Assembly: GCA_038904015.1 (NCBI GenBank)
Contig: JBCKKZ010000003.1
Span: 2,068-66,067, forward strand
Length of the DNA stretch: 64,000 nt
Source: Burkholderiales bacterium
Lineage (GTDB): Bacteria > Pseudomonadota > Gammaproteobacteria > Burkholderiales > SG8-39
Reading direction: 5' to 3'
Part shown: in pieces, positions 1 through 8,559 of the stretch
Layout of the letters: each line of letters opens with the position of its first letter
Numbering within the stretch: position 1 is the first letter of the stretch
The notes under the pieces: model-generated
What the model saw: only the letters and a program-made list of their open reading frames with translations
What the model was told of the DNA's origin: nothing
The model's database searches: none
Program-made: the position numbers and the translations under genes

Positions 1-1
1 G

Positions 2-817
2 TGGCAGGCGCCGCTGGAGGCGGTGCTGGGCGCCGACGTGGCGGCGGAAACGAAGCTTGGAGTCGGCGCGACTTTTTCCGGCGCGCATGGCATCGAGGGC
101 GGGGGCGACATGCACGAGAGCGCACCGTACCGTGTGGTCGGTGTGCTCGCGCCCAGCGGCACGGTGATCGACCGGCTGGTTCTGACCAGCGTCGAATCGG
201 TGTGGGCGGTGCACCGGCACGGCGAGCCGGGCGAGGACCCGGCGAAGCTGATCGCGGACATGGCCGAGGAGGAGAAGGAACTGACCGCGCTGCTGATCCA
301 GTATTCGACGCCGCTCGCCGCGGCGCTGCTGCCGCGCCAAGTGAACGCCAGCGCCACGCTGCAGGCCGCATCGCCCGCCTACGAAAGCGCACGTTTGTTC
401 CGGATGATCGGCGTGGGCGTGGACGTGGTGCGGGCGTTCGGCCTGGTGCTGGTGCTGGCCGCGGGGCTGTCGGTATTCATCGCGCTGCTCAATGCGCTCG
501 AAGAGCGGCGCTACGATCTGGCCGTGATGCGCATGCTGGGGGCGAGTCGCGGCCGGCTCATGGGCCTGATGCTGCTCGAGGGAGCAGCGTTGTCGCTTGC
601 CGGCGGCATGGCCGGCATCGCGCTCGGGCATCTGTTTACTGGACTGCTGGGCCTCGCGCTCGGACAGGCGAAACAGGCGGCGGTGACCGGCTGGGCCTGG
701 GATGCGCGGGAGCCGTGGTTGCTCGGGCTCGCGCTCCTGGTAGGATTTTCCGCCGCGCTGTTGCCCGCCTGGCGGGCCTACCGCGGCGATGTAGCCGCTG
801 TTCTTGCGCAAGGATGA
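2..817 (+). CDS. ABC transporter permease, FtsX/MacB-like (3' part; 5' end outside window)
   Basis: Frame is open from the window edge. C-terminal FtsX-type membrane domain (...GLVLVLAAGLSVFIALLNALEERRYDLAVMRMLGASRGRL...LLPAWRAYRGDVAAVLAQG*). Confidence 0.7.
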   Translation, partial: WQAPLEAVLGADVAAETKLGVGATFSGAHGIEGGGDMHESAPYRVVGVLAPSGTVIDRLVLTSVESVWAVHRHGEPGEDPAKLIADMAEEEKELTALLIQYSTPLAAALLPRQVNASATLQAASPAYESARLFRMIGVGVDVVRAFGLVLVLAAGLSVFIALLNALEERRYDLAVMRMLGASRGRLMGLMLLEGAALSLAGGMAGIALGHLFTGLLGLALGQAKQAAVTGWAWDAREPWLLGLALLVGFSAALLPAWRAYRGDVAAVLAQG

Positions 818-867
818 GAGGGGAAACATGAAACGGCATTGAGAGCGGGCTTGTCAGCCGGTGTAGA

Positions 868-1371
868 ATGGAACATATGAAAATCATCGCCCTTGTCGCC
901 GCCGCACTTCTGTCGGCGGGCGTGCATGCACAGACCAAGTTCGGCCAGCCGCCGCAGGCGCAGCCCGCGCAGGGCCAGATGCCTGGAATGGATGTCAAAC
1001 CGCTCGCCGAGCGCAAGGACGTGGTGTCCTGGAAACTGCTGGCGCAAGTCGAGCTGGTGAAAGTGAAAGACCGCTACCAGCCGCAGTTTTCCGCCGGCGT
1101 CGCGGCGCTGGACGCGAAGGAAGTCAAGATCCAGGGCTTCATGATGCCGCTCGAAATGGGCGACAAGCAGTCGCATTTCATCCTCTCGGCGACGCCGCAA
1201 TCCTGCTCCTTCTGCATGCCCGGCGGGCCCGAAAGCCTGGTCGAGGTGAAGACGAGAAAGCCGATCGCCTATGGCATGGAACCGGTGGTGCTCACCGGCA
1301 AGCTCGCGGTGCTGAAGGACGACCCGACCGGCGTCTTCTACCGGCTGGTCGATGCCGTCCCGGCGAAGTAG
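868..1371 (+). CDS. DUF3299-like secreted protein
   Basis: Signal peptide MKIIALVAAALLSAGVHA. Motif FMMPLEMGDKQSHFILSATPQSCSFCMPGGPESLVEV is typical of DUF3299 proteins found next to FtsX-type ABC systems. Confidence 0.6.
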   Translation: MEHMKIIALVAAALLSAGVHAQTKFGQPPQAQPAQGQMPGMDVKPLAERKDVVSWKLLAQVELVKVKDRYQPQFSAGVAALDAKEVKIQGFMMPLEMGDKQSHFILSATPQSCSFCMPGGPESLVEVKTRKPIAYGMEPVVLTGKLAVLKDDPTGVFYRLVDAVPAK

Positions 1372-1377
1372 CCGCCC

Positions 1378-1698
1378 GTGAATCTCGCCCGTAACTTGCG
1401 CCTGCTGCTCGCGGTCGCGCTGCTTGCGGCCTGGCAGAACGCGCTGCTCCACCCGCTCGAGCACATCGACGGGCACGGCGGCTTCGTCCACCTCAGCGGC
1501 GGGGACGGCAGCCAGGGCAATACAAGCGATCCGCGCTGCGCTGCGATCGCGGCGGTCGCGGTTTGCGTCGACGGATCGATCGCGCACGTTCTTCCCGCCC
1601 CGCGGGGCGTCGAAGCGTTTTCCGGCCGGCATGCGGGTATCGTCCGCAGCGCCCGGCTTCTCGCATACCGCAGCCAGGCACCTCCGCAGTACTCCTGA
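1378..1698 (+). CDS. small hypothetical exported protein (weak DUF2946-like resemblance)
   Basis: GTG start just after the previous stop. Hydrophobic N-terminus LRLLLAVALLAAW, with His/Cys residues. Sits directly upstream of a TonB-dependent receptor. Weak call. Confidence 0.3.
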   Translation: MNLARNLRLLLAVALLAAWQNALLHPLEHIDGHGGFVHLSGGDGSQGNTSDPRCAAIAAVAVCVDGSIAHVLPAPRGVEAFSGRHAGIVRSARLLAYRSQAPPQYS

Positions 1699-1759
1699 AG
1701 GGCAAGTAGCCGGCGGGGGCGATTCGCTCCCGGCTTTCATTCGTCTTCAGGAGTCAGCA

Positions 1760-3847
1760 ATGCAGCGAACTTATTTCGCACGCGCGATCGCGGGCGCTCT
1801 GGTGGCGTGGAGTTGCGGCGCTTTCGCCCAGGCAACCGAGCAAGACGCGGTGGTGGTGACCGCAACGCCGTTTCGAAGCAGTCTTTTCGACCTGGTATCG
1901 CCGGCCGACGCGCTGTCAGGCCTGCGCCTGCTGTGGCAGCGCAAGAGCTCGATCGGCGAGACACTGGAGGGCATTCCCGGTGTGAGCTCGACCTACTTCG
2001 GTCCTTTCGTCAGCCGGCCGATCATTCGCGGACTGGACGGCGATCGCGTCCGCCTGCTGCAGAACGGCGTCAGCACGCTGGACGCTTCATCGCTCTCGTT
2101 CGACCACGCGGTGCCCTACGACCCGCTCGTCGCCGAGCGGATCGAAATCGTGCGCGGCCCGGCCGCGGTTCTGTACGGCGGCAACGCGGTGGGCGGCGTG
2201 GTCAATCTCATCGACAATCGCATTCCGACCGCGCCGCTGGATGGATTCTCGGGGCGCGTCGAGGCCCGTCTTGGCGGCGCCGACCGCGAGCGCAGCACCG
2301 GCGCGGTGCTCGAGGCGGGCAACGGCGGTTTCGCGATTCACGCCGACGCCTTCGATCGCGTGAGCAAAGACCTCGGCATTCCTGGATTCGCGCGCTCGAC
2401 GCGCCAGCGGGTCCTGGACGGACCGGGTATCGACCAGCCCCGGGGCACCCTACCCAACAGCAACGCCACGGCCTCCGGCGGGACGCTGGGCGCCTCGGCG
2501 ACCTGGGGCGACGGCTATTTCGGGCTGTCCTACGGAGCGTTCAACGCGAACTACGGATCGGTTGCCGAGACCGGTGTCCGGATCGACATGAAGAGCGAAC
2601 GGTTCGATTTCGCGGGTGAAGCGCGCGAGCTGGGGAACGTCATCACGGGGGTCAAGTTCAAGCTCGGCCATAGCGATTACCAGCACCAGGAGATCGAGGG
2701 CGGGGCGGTCAATACCACGTTCAAGAACCGGGGCTACGACGGCAGGCTGGAACTGTCTCACGGCAAGCTCGGGCCGTTGACGGGCGCGTTCGGGCTGCAA
2801 TCGACGAACTTCGAGTTCTCCGCGCTGGGCGCCGAGGCCTTCGTGCCCAGGGCCAACACCGACGCGAAGGGCTTGTTCCTGTACGAAGAACTGCCAATGG
2901 GCAGCTGGAAGTTCTCGTTCGGCGCCCGCGGCGAGCGCACGCGCGTCAGCTCCGGGGGCGGCGGTCCGATCGACGCGGGCACCGGCTTGCCGCGCTTCGA
3001 TCCGGCGCAGAGCAACCGCTTTTCGACGCGCTCGGGCTCCGCCGGGTTGCTCTACAGCTTCACCAAAGATCTCGCGCTGGCGGCCAATTTTTCCTCCACG
3101 CAGCGCGCGCCCACCTACTACGAGCTGTATGCCAACGGCCCGCACGTGGCGACCGGCGCTTTCGAGATCGGCGACAGCGGCTTCGGCAAGGAAAAATCCC
3201 GCTCGCTGGATGTAGGCCTGCGCTGGCGCAGCGGCGCGCACTCGGTGAGCATCAGCGCCTACCGGACGCAGTTCAAGAACTACCTCGCCGCCTTCAACAC
3301 CGGCAACATGCGGGGCGCGGACGGAGAGCTGAATCCCGTCGATGCCGACGGCGACCGCGTGGCCGACGGCAGCGGCGAAGACATCCTGCCGGAATTTCGT
3401 TACCGGGCGGTGCCGGCGCTGTTCCGTGGTTTTGAGGCGGCGACGCGCTTCAGGGTCTACGACCGGATCGGCACCGTCGATTTGGAACTGAAAGGCGATC
3501 TGGTGCGGGCCTATGACCGCAGCACGGGGCAGCCGCTGCCGCGCATCTCACTTGCGCGCATCAGCATCGGCGCCGAATATGGTTGGAACCGGTTTACCGC
3601 GCGGGTCGACCTGCTGCACGTCAACGGTCAGGATCGTGTTGCGGCGAACGAACTGCCGACGGATGGCTATACGCTGGTAAACCTCGTACTCGGCTACAAC
3701 TTTGCGTTCGAGAAAGCTGCGCTGAACGCGTTCCTGAAGGTCAACAATCTGTTCGACAAGGAAGCGCGCAACCATGCTTCGTTCCTGAAGGACATCGCGC
3801 CGCTGGGCGGCCGCGGCGTCCTGCTGGGCGCGCGCGGGAGCTTCTAG
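1760..3847 (+). CDS. TonB-dependent outer-membrane receptor
   Basis: ATG 1760 preceded by caggag. Signal peptide ...AWSCGAFAQA. Plug motifs VVVTATP, IRGLDGDRVRLLQNG, IEIVRGPAAVLYGGNAVGGVVNLI. Barrel ends ...LLGARGSF*. The ORF-track start at 1424 adds 112 Arg/Ser-rich residues and was rejected. Confidence 0.9.
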   Translation: MQRTYFARAIAGALVAWSCGAFAQATEQDAVVVTATPFRSSLFDLVSPADALSGLRLLWQRKSSIGETLEGIPGVSSTYFGPFVSRPIIRGLDGDRVRLLQNGVSTLDASSLSFDHAVPYDPLVAERIEIVRGPAAVLYGGNAVGGVVNLIDNRIPTAPLDGFSGRVEARLGGADRERSTGAVLEAGNGGFAIHADAFDRVSKDLGIPGFARSTRQRVLDGPGIDQPRGTLPNSNATASGGTLGASATWGDGYFGLSYGAFNANYGSVAETGVRIDMKSERFDFAGEARELGNVITGVKFKLGHSDYQHQEIEGGAVNTTFKNRGYDGRLELSHGKLGPLTGAFGLQSTNFEFSALGAEAFVPRANTDAKGLFLYEELPMGSWKFSFGARGERTRVSSGGGGPIDAGTGLPRFDPAQSNRFSTRSGSAGLLYSFTKDLALAANFSSTQRAPTYYELYANGPHVATGAFEIGDSGFGKEKSRSLDVGLRWRSGAHSVSISAYRTQFKNYLAAFNTGNMRGADGELNPVDADGDRVADGSGEDILPEFRYRAVPALFRGFEAATRFRVYDRIGTVDLELKGDLVRAYDRSTGQPLPRISLARISIGAEYGWNRFTARVDLLHVNGQDRVAANELPTDGYTLVNLVLGYNFAFEKAALNAFLKVNNLFDKEARNHASFLKDIAPLGGRGVLLGARGSF

Positions 3848-4026
3848 GCGGCAGGCTTGGCGGCCAGTTCCTGCGCGAGGCAGCGCTTGCACAGGCAGCC
3901 CCGGCCGGGAACGGGCTCGAGCGGCGGCAGTTCGGTGCACCAGCAAAGTTCCTCGCCCGCCGCACCGCAATGGAACGTGGCGCCGCAGCGCGAGCAGTTC
4001 GAATTACTTTTCTTCAGCACTTTCAT
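3844..4026 (-). CDS. cysteine-rich CWC family protein
   Basis: 60 aa with CSRCGATFHCG...CWC...CLCKRC pattern. Overlaps the 3' end of the anti-sigma gene, so likely co-transcribed. Confidence 0.55.
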   Translation of the reverse strand: MKVLKKSNSNCSRCGATFHCGAAGEELCWCTELPPLEPVPGRGCLCKRCLAQELAAKPAA

Positions 4027-4198
4027 CGTCGGCCAGCCGCCGGACCGCCGAGCGCAGGAACTTGAACTGCGCGCTCACGCTACGGCAGCCGTTGCAGATC
4101 GCCAGGTGCACGCGCAAGGCGATCCGCTCGCCGAAGGCGAGCTTGCGGTCTTCGCCCAGCGACAGCAGGCGCGTGGTTTCCTTGCACGACAGCAGCAT
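4004..4198 (-). CDS. small zf-HC2-type anti-sigma factor
   Basis: MLLSCKETTRLLS...RVHLAICNGCRS (H-x3-C-x2-C). Its ATG overlaps the sigma gene stop (TAATG at 4196-4200). The longer ORF-track start at 4267 was rejected. Confidence 0.65.
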   Translation of the reverse strand: MLLSCKETTRLLSLGEDRKLAFGERIALRVHLAICNGCRSVSAQFKFLRSAVRRLADDESAEEK

Positions 4199-4809
4199 TA
4201 TTTTGCGAACCAGTTTTTTTCCAGGCACAGGCGCAACGCCATGCGCGCCCGATGCAGCATCACCCAACAGTGGGTCGCTGTGATTCCCAAGTCCTTACAT
4301 ATCTCGGCAGTTTCCAGACCGAGGTGTTCGCGCATCATGAAGACGCGTGCGGTACGTTCGGGCAGCGCGCGCAGGCAGGCCTCGAGCGCGGCGAAGAATT
4401 GTTTCTGCTGCAGCGATCCCTCGGGTTGATGCCAAGCATCCGGCGCCGCTTCCCAGTGGCCGCGCCGGTCGAACAGGCCCTCGAAATCATCCGCGTCGCC
4501 ACCGGGCTCCGGTTCCATGGCCGGGTGGTCGCGGCTCTGGCGCCGGATGGTATCCACGATCTTGTGCTTGAGTATCCCGGTGAGCCAGGTGCGCAGGTTG
4601 GAACGGCCAGCGAAGCCGGCTTCGCCCGCGAGCGCCGCCATCAGGGCATCCTGGACCGCGTCTTCCGCGGCGGCGGCATCCCGCAGCTGCAGCGTGGCGT
4701 AGCGCAGCAGGTAGGGCCGCAGATCCTCGACCTGGGTGCGGAAATCGGCTGGCTTGGCGGGAGGCGGCAGGGGACTTGAATCCGGCGATCGAGCCCTTAT
4801 TTTAGACAT
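4198..4809 (-). CDS. ECF-family RNA polymerase sigma factor
   Basis: Region 2 (DAVQDALMAAL...RTWLTGILKHKIVDTIRRQ) and region 4 (LPERTARVFMMREHLGLETAEICKDLGITATHCWVMLHRARMALR). Confidence 0.85.
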   Translation of the reverse strand: MSKIRARSPDSSPLPPPAKPADFRTQVEDLRPYLLRYATLQLRDAAAAEDAVQDALMAALAGEAGFAGRSNLRTWLTGILKHKIVDTIRRQSRDHPAMEPEPGGDADDFEGLFDRRGHWEAAPDAWHQPEGSLQQKQFFAALEACLRALPERTARVFMMREHLGLETAEICKDLGITATHCWVMLHRARMALRLCLEKNWFAK

Positions 4810-4832
4810 ACCGACTTTGACAGGAGGTTTTC

Positions 4833-4975
4833 ATGGCCAACGTTACGAGATTCAATCCGTTCGATGACATGGTGGACGATTTGTTCAAGGGCTTTCTCGT
4901 GCGCCCGGTGGCATACGAGGGCAGAAACGCGCTCGAGGTGCCGCGGCTGCTCGCAAGTCGATCACCATCCAGTAA
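4833..4975 (+). pseudogene. internally deleted small heat-shock protein (Hsp20/IbpA-like) relic
   Basis: Strong SD aggagg, then [26 protein letters not shown], an Hsp20 N-terminus. The alpha-crystallin core is missing. A different frame ends ...[14 protein letters not shown] (4973-4975), which is Hsp20 C-terminus-like, and an intrinsic terminator follows. Confidence 0.5.
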
Positions 4976-4994
4976 CAGTCAGTGCAGTGCCGAA

Positions 4995-5027
4995 GGGCCG
5001 GCGAGGTTTCGCCGGCCCTTTTCTTTG
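4995..5027 (+). terminator. rho-independent terminator (hsp20 relic)
   Basis: gggccggcga-ggtt-tcgccggccc perfect 10-bp stem (4995-5018) followed by ttttctttg. Confidence 0.6.
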
Positions 5028-5057
5028 TACAATCGGTGTGTCCATGTTTACCCCCGT

Positions 5058-5951
5058 ATGAACGCAGCTGCCAACCACGATACGCAAGCGGCCGAAAAGG
5101 CGCGCATCCTCGGCGAGGCGCTGCCCTACATCCAGCGCTTCCACGGCAAGACCATCGTGGTGAAATTCGGCGGCAACGCCATGACCGACGACGTGCTGAA
5201 GGTCAACTTCGCGCGCGACGTGGTGCTGTTGAAGCTGGTGGGCATGAACCCGGTGGTGGTGCACGGCGGCGGGCCGCAGATCGAGACCGCGCTCGCGCGT
5301 CTGGGCATGAAGGGAACCTTCGTGCAGGGCATGCGCGTCACCGACGCGGCCACCATGGACGTGGTCGAGATGGTGCTCGGCGGCCAGGTGAACAAGGAAG
5401 TCGTCGAACTCATCAACCAGGCGGGCGGCAAGGCCGTGGGCCTCACCGGCCAGGACGGCGCCTTCATCCGCGCGCGCAAGCTGATGCTGCCCTCGGAAAA
5501 GGGCAACGGCAAGATCGACATCGGCCAGGTCGGCGAGATCGACGCCATCGACCCGCTGGTGATCGCCGCGCTGGAGCAGGCGGGCTTCATCCCGGTGGTG
5601 GCGCCGATCGCGACCGGCGCGGACGGCACCACCTACAACATCAACGCCGATCTGGTGGCCGGCAAGCTGGCGGAAATCCTGCGGGCCGAGAAGCTGATCG
5701 TGCTGACCAACACACCGGGGGTGCTCGACAAGTCCGGCAAGCTGCTGACCAGCCTCACACCGCGCAAGATCGACGATCTGGTGGCCAAGGGCGTGATCTC
5801 CGGCGGCATGCTGCCGAAGATCGGATCGGTGCTGGATGCCGCACGCGCCGGGGTCAAGTCCTGCCACATCATCGACGGCCGCGTGCCGCATGCGCTGCTG
5901 CTGGAAGTCCTCACCGACGAAGGCGTCGGCACCGTCATTCGTTCCAAGTAA
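5058..5951 (+). CDS. argB: acetylglutamate kinase
   Basis: [42 protein letters not shown]...VVHGGGPQI...NINAD...; full-length AAK family. Confidence 0.95.
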   Translation: MNAAANHDTQAAEKARILGEALPYIQRFHGKTIVVKFGGNAMTDDVLKVNFARDVVLLKLVGMNPVVVHGGGPQIETALARLGMKGTFVQGMRVTDAATMDVVEMVLGGQVNKEVVELINQAGGKAVGLTGQDGAFIRARKLMLPSEKGNGKIDIGQVGEIDAIDPLVIAALEQAGFIPVVAPIATGADGTTYNINADLVAGKLAEILRAEKLIVLTNTPGVLDKSGKLLTSLTPRKIDDLVAKGVISGGMLPKIGSVLDAARAGVKSCHIIDGRVPHALLLEVLTDEGVGTVIRSK

Positions 5952-6616
5952 TGCGCATCATGAAATACCCGCCGTCCCGGCGGGTGTGGATCTTCGACCT
6001 CGACAACACGCTGCATGACGCGCGGCCGCACATCTTTCCGTCGATGCACGCGCAGATGAACGACTATCTGATGCACCACTTCGGGCTCAACCACGAGGGG
6101 GCGAACGAGATGCGGCGCTTCTTCTGGCAGCGCTATGGCACGACCCTCAAGGGACTGGTGCGGCACTATGGGCACGACCCGAAGCATTTCCTGCGCGAGA
6201 CCCACAAGTTTCCGGACCTCGCCGGCATGGTGGTGCGCGACAACGCGCTCAAGCACGCGCTCGCGCGCCTCGGCGGCACGCGGCTGGTGTTCTCCAACGC
6301 GCCGCGGCATTACGTCGAGGAAGTGGTGCATGCGCTCGGCTTGAAACACTACTTCGATGCGGTGTATGCGATCGAGAGTACGCGCTATCGCCCCAAACCC
6401 GCGCTGCAGGGTTTCCAGGTCCTGCTGCGGGCGCACAACCTCGATCCGCACCGCTGCGCGCTGATCGATGACATGCCCGAGAACCTGCGCGCCGCGAAGC
6501 AGCTCGGCATGTCCACCGTCTGGGTCAGCAGCGAGGGGCGGCATGCGCATTTCGCCGACCTGCGCGTCAAATCCGTCACGGAACTGCCCAGACTTGTGTC
6601 CCGTCACTCGCATTGA
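5951..6616 (+). CDS. pyrimidine 5'-nucleotidase (HAD superfamily)
   Basis: ATG overlaps the argB stop (TAATG). HAD motif I WIFDLDNTLH, then ...VFSNAP...IDDMPENL. Confidence 0.8.
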   Translation: MRIMKYPPSRRVWIFDLDNTLHDARPHIFPSMHAQMNDYLMHHFGLNHEGANEMRRFFWQRYGTTLKGLVRHYGHDPKHFLRETHKFPDLAGMVVRDNALKHALARLGGTRLVFSNAPRHYVEEVVHALGLKHYFDAVYAIESTRYRPKPALQGFQVLLRAHNLDPHRCALIDDMPENLRAAKQLGMSTVWVSSEGRHAHFADLRVKSVTELPRLVSRHSH

Positions 6617-6663
6617 AGGCCCGCCGGTAAGTCCGGCGGGTTAGATGCGCGTAGAATTTCCCC

Positions 6664-7242
6664 ATGCCGCGTGTGAAGGGGGAACGGCGGCTCGAGATCC
6701 TCAAGGCCCTTGCCGGGATGCTCGAGCAGCCGAAGTGGGGCAAGATCACGACCGCAGCGCTCGCCGGGAAGCTCGACGTCTCGGAGGCGGCGCTGTATCG
6801 CCATTTCGCGTCCAAAGCGCAGATGTACGAAGGCCTCATCGAGTTCATCGAGACTTCCGTCTTCAGCGTCGCCAACAAGATCGCGCAGGACGAAACCGAC
6901 GGCCGCAAGCAGGCGGCGAAACTGGTCGAGATGCTGCTTTCCTTCGCCGAAAAGAACCCCGGCATGGTGCGTGTTATGACCGGCGACGCCCTGGTCGGCG
7001 AGCACGAGCGCCTGCAGGCGCGCATGAACCAGTTCTACGACCGCTTCGAAGCCACCCTCAAGCAGGCCCTGCGCTCACCCGGCGCCGACGGCGGCCAGAA
7101 ACCATCGGACGCCGACGTCTCCGCGCATGCCGGCCTCCTCACGCGCTACATGATCGGCTGCCTGCACCAGTACGCGAAGTCCGGCTTCACCAAGAAACCC
7201 ACCGAAAGCTACGCCGCGCAGCGGCGCTATCTCGCCGCGTAG
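6664..7242 (+). CDS. slmA: nucleoid occlusion factor SlmA (TetR family)
   Basis: RRLEILKALAGMLEQPKWGKITTAALAGKLDVSEAALYRHFASKAQMYEGLIEFIE. Also has the argB-nucleotidase-slmA neighbourhood. Confidence 0.8.
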   Translation: MPRVKGERRLEILKALAGMLEQPKWGKITTAALAGKLDVSEAALYRHFASKAQMYEGLIEFIETSVFSVANKIAQDETDGRKQAAKLVEMLLSFAEKNPGMVRVMTGDALVGEHERLQARMNQFYDRFEATLKQALRSPGADGGQKPSDADVSAHAGLLTRYMIGCLHQYAKSGFTKKPTESYAAQRRYLAA

Positions 7243-7349
7243 CCGGCGCGGCGCAGATCGTCGGCCACGGTGAGCAGAATGACCCGGTCGTCATCGACCA
7301 CCAGGACGCAGGGCCGGCGTTGCGGGGACTCGATCGGTTGGGCGTTCAT
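7227..7349 (-). pseudogene. response-regulator receiver fragment (first ~40 codons only)
   Basis: My own translation: MNAQPIESPQRRPCVLVVDDDRVILLTVADDLRRAGYAAR*. The stop falls inside the slmA 3' end. Too short for the ORF track. Confidence 0.45.
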
Positions 7350-7378
7350 GGGCAAGACCTACATTCCGCGAAGTTCGG

Positions 7379-7891
7379 CTAGCCGCGCCCGAGTACCTGG
7401 ATGGCGTGGGCGATCGCGGCTGCGTCCATCCGGTCTTTGGGACGCACACCGGACTTTGTTTTCAGCAGGCCCTCGAGGCTCAGCACGCGCAGTCGGACGT
7501 CGTCGAGCAGGACTTCCTGAACGTAGGGACGCAGATCGTCCCAGGAGAGACCCGCGGCCATCGGCAGGACGTCCACCGTGATCTCGTCGTTGACGCGAAT
7601 GGCGTAGCGCTTCTGCTCTCCGAATACATCCGGTTCCGCCGCAAGCTCGCGAGCCGCACCGTCGGGCAGGCGCGAGAGCGCGAGAATCCAGCGGCGGCTG
7701 TTCTCGGGCGAGGGGTTGACGAGAACGTCGATGTCTTCGGTGAGGCGATTGAGTCCATGGGCGCCGAGTGCGTAACCGCCGATCAGCGCATACTCGACGC
7801 CCGCTTCATCGAAGTACCGGGCCACGCGCTTGACGTCCTCCCAGGTCGCCGGGCGCGTGTACTCAGCCACGCGAGCGCGCAGTCGCGACAA
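7379..7891 (-). CDS. minimal nucleotidyltransferase-fold protein (AbiEii/DUF2204-like)
   Basis: ALIGGYALGAHGLNRLTEDIDVLV matches the GG-x-AL...R-x-T-x-DID NTase signature. 170 aa. Overlaps the upstream small gene. Confidence 0.6.
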   Translation of the reverse strand: MSRLRARVAEYTRPATWEDVKRVARYFDEAGVEYALIGGYALGAHGLNRLTEDIDVLVNPSPENSRRWILALSRLPDGAARELAAEPDVFGEQKRYAIRVNDEITVDVLPMAAGLSWDDLRPYVQEVLLDDVRLRVLSLEGLLKTKSGVRPKDRMDAAAIAHAIQVLGRG

Positions 7892-8099
7892 TCACCTCGG
7901 TGAGCCAGCGTTCCTGGTCGCGCGTCATCTCTTCGTGACTGGCGTAGCGGATTACGCCCTTGGGTACCCGGGTGAGCCGGTTTACCAGCGTCGCGAAGGC
8001 CGCGCGAGCCTCGGGCGAAGGAGGAACTCCGAGCGGCGGTTCGGTGCGTCGGCCGACTATCCTGCCGATCGGTTGCTGGTCGGGGAAATTCGAGGCCAT
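7863..8099 (-). CDS. small partner protein of the NTase (putative antitoxin-like)
   Basis: 78 aa. ...RVPKGVIRYASHEEMTRDQERWL motif. Its 3' end overlaps the NTase start by 29 nt. Confidence 0.45.
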   Translation of the reverse strand: MASNFPDQQPIGRIVGRRTEPPLGVPPSPEARAAFATLVNRLTRVPKGVIRYASHEEMTRDQERWLTEVIVATARSRG

Positions 8100-8116
8100 G
8101 CGGAAATTCTACGCCT

Positions 8117-8559
8117 TTGCTTCTCGATAGACAGATCGCGGACGCGCTCGAGGGCGGCGGCTGCGAGGTCTTCGTCGCGCCCTTCGAGGTGCGGCTGCCG
8201 CGCGGCGGTGAGGCCGACGAGCAGATCGACACCGTGCTCCAGCCCGACCTCACCGTGGTATGCGACCTGAAAAAAATCGACGAGCGGGGCTGCCGCGGCG
8301 CGCCGGATTGGGTCATCGAGGTGCTCTCCCCCGCCACCGCGGCCCACGACCAAACGGTCAAGTTCGCGGCGTTCGAACGCGCGGGCGTGAAGGAATGCGG
8401 GTTCGTGCACCCGGCCGACAGGACCGTGGCCGTTTATTCTCTCGCCGGCGGAGTCTACGGACGGCCCGCGATCTCCGAGCTGCAGGGAAGCCCTGCGGCG
8501 CTCATCTGGAAGTCGTTGCCTTCTGGCACGCGAGCCGTGGAGAAGGTCCCTCGCTCTGA
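8117..8559 (+). pseudogene. Uma2-family endonuclease fragment (N-terminal ~1/3 missing)
   Basis: CEVFVAPFEVRL...LQPDLTVVC...RGCRGAPDWVIEVLSPATAAHDQTVKFAAFERAGVKECGFVHPADRTVAVY is the C-terminal PD-(D/E)xK half of Uma2/DUF820. An in-frame stop lies just upstream of the TTG start. The ORF then runs antisense into moeB. Confidence 0.5.

Noticed and set aside
1424-1759. Upstream extension of the TonB-dependent receptor ORF
   Set aside because: Arg/Ser/Thr-rich, overlaps the small upstream gene, and precedes a proper SD/ATG/signal peptide at 1760.
4833-5951. Single 372-aa 'ArgB' starting at 4833
   Set aside because: The first 75 codons are an hsp20 remnant plus a terminator hairpin. The conserved ArgB N-terminus begins at ATG 5058. 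The read-through possibility is kept as a finding, not as the gene model.
4982-6616. 544-aa ORF
   Set aside because: The first ~323 codons are an alternative frame of argB. Only the last 221 codons (from ATG 5951) form the HAD nucleotidase.
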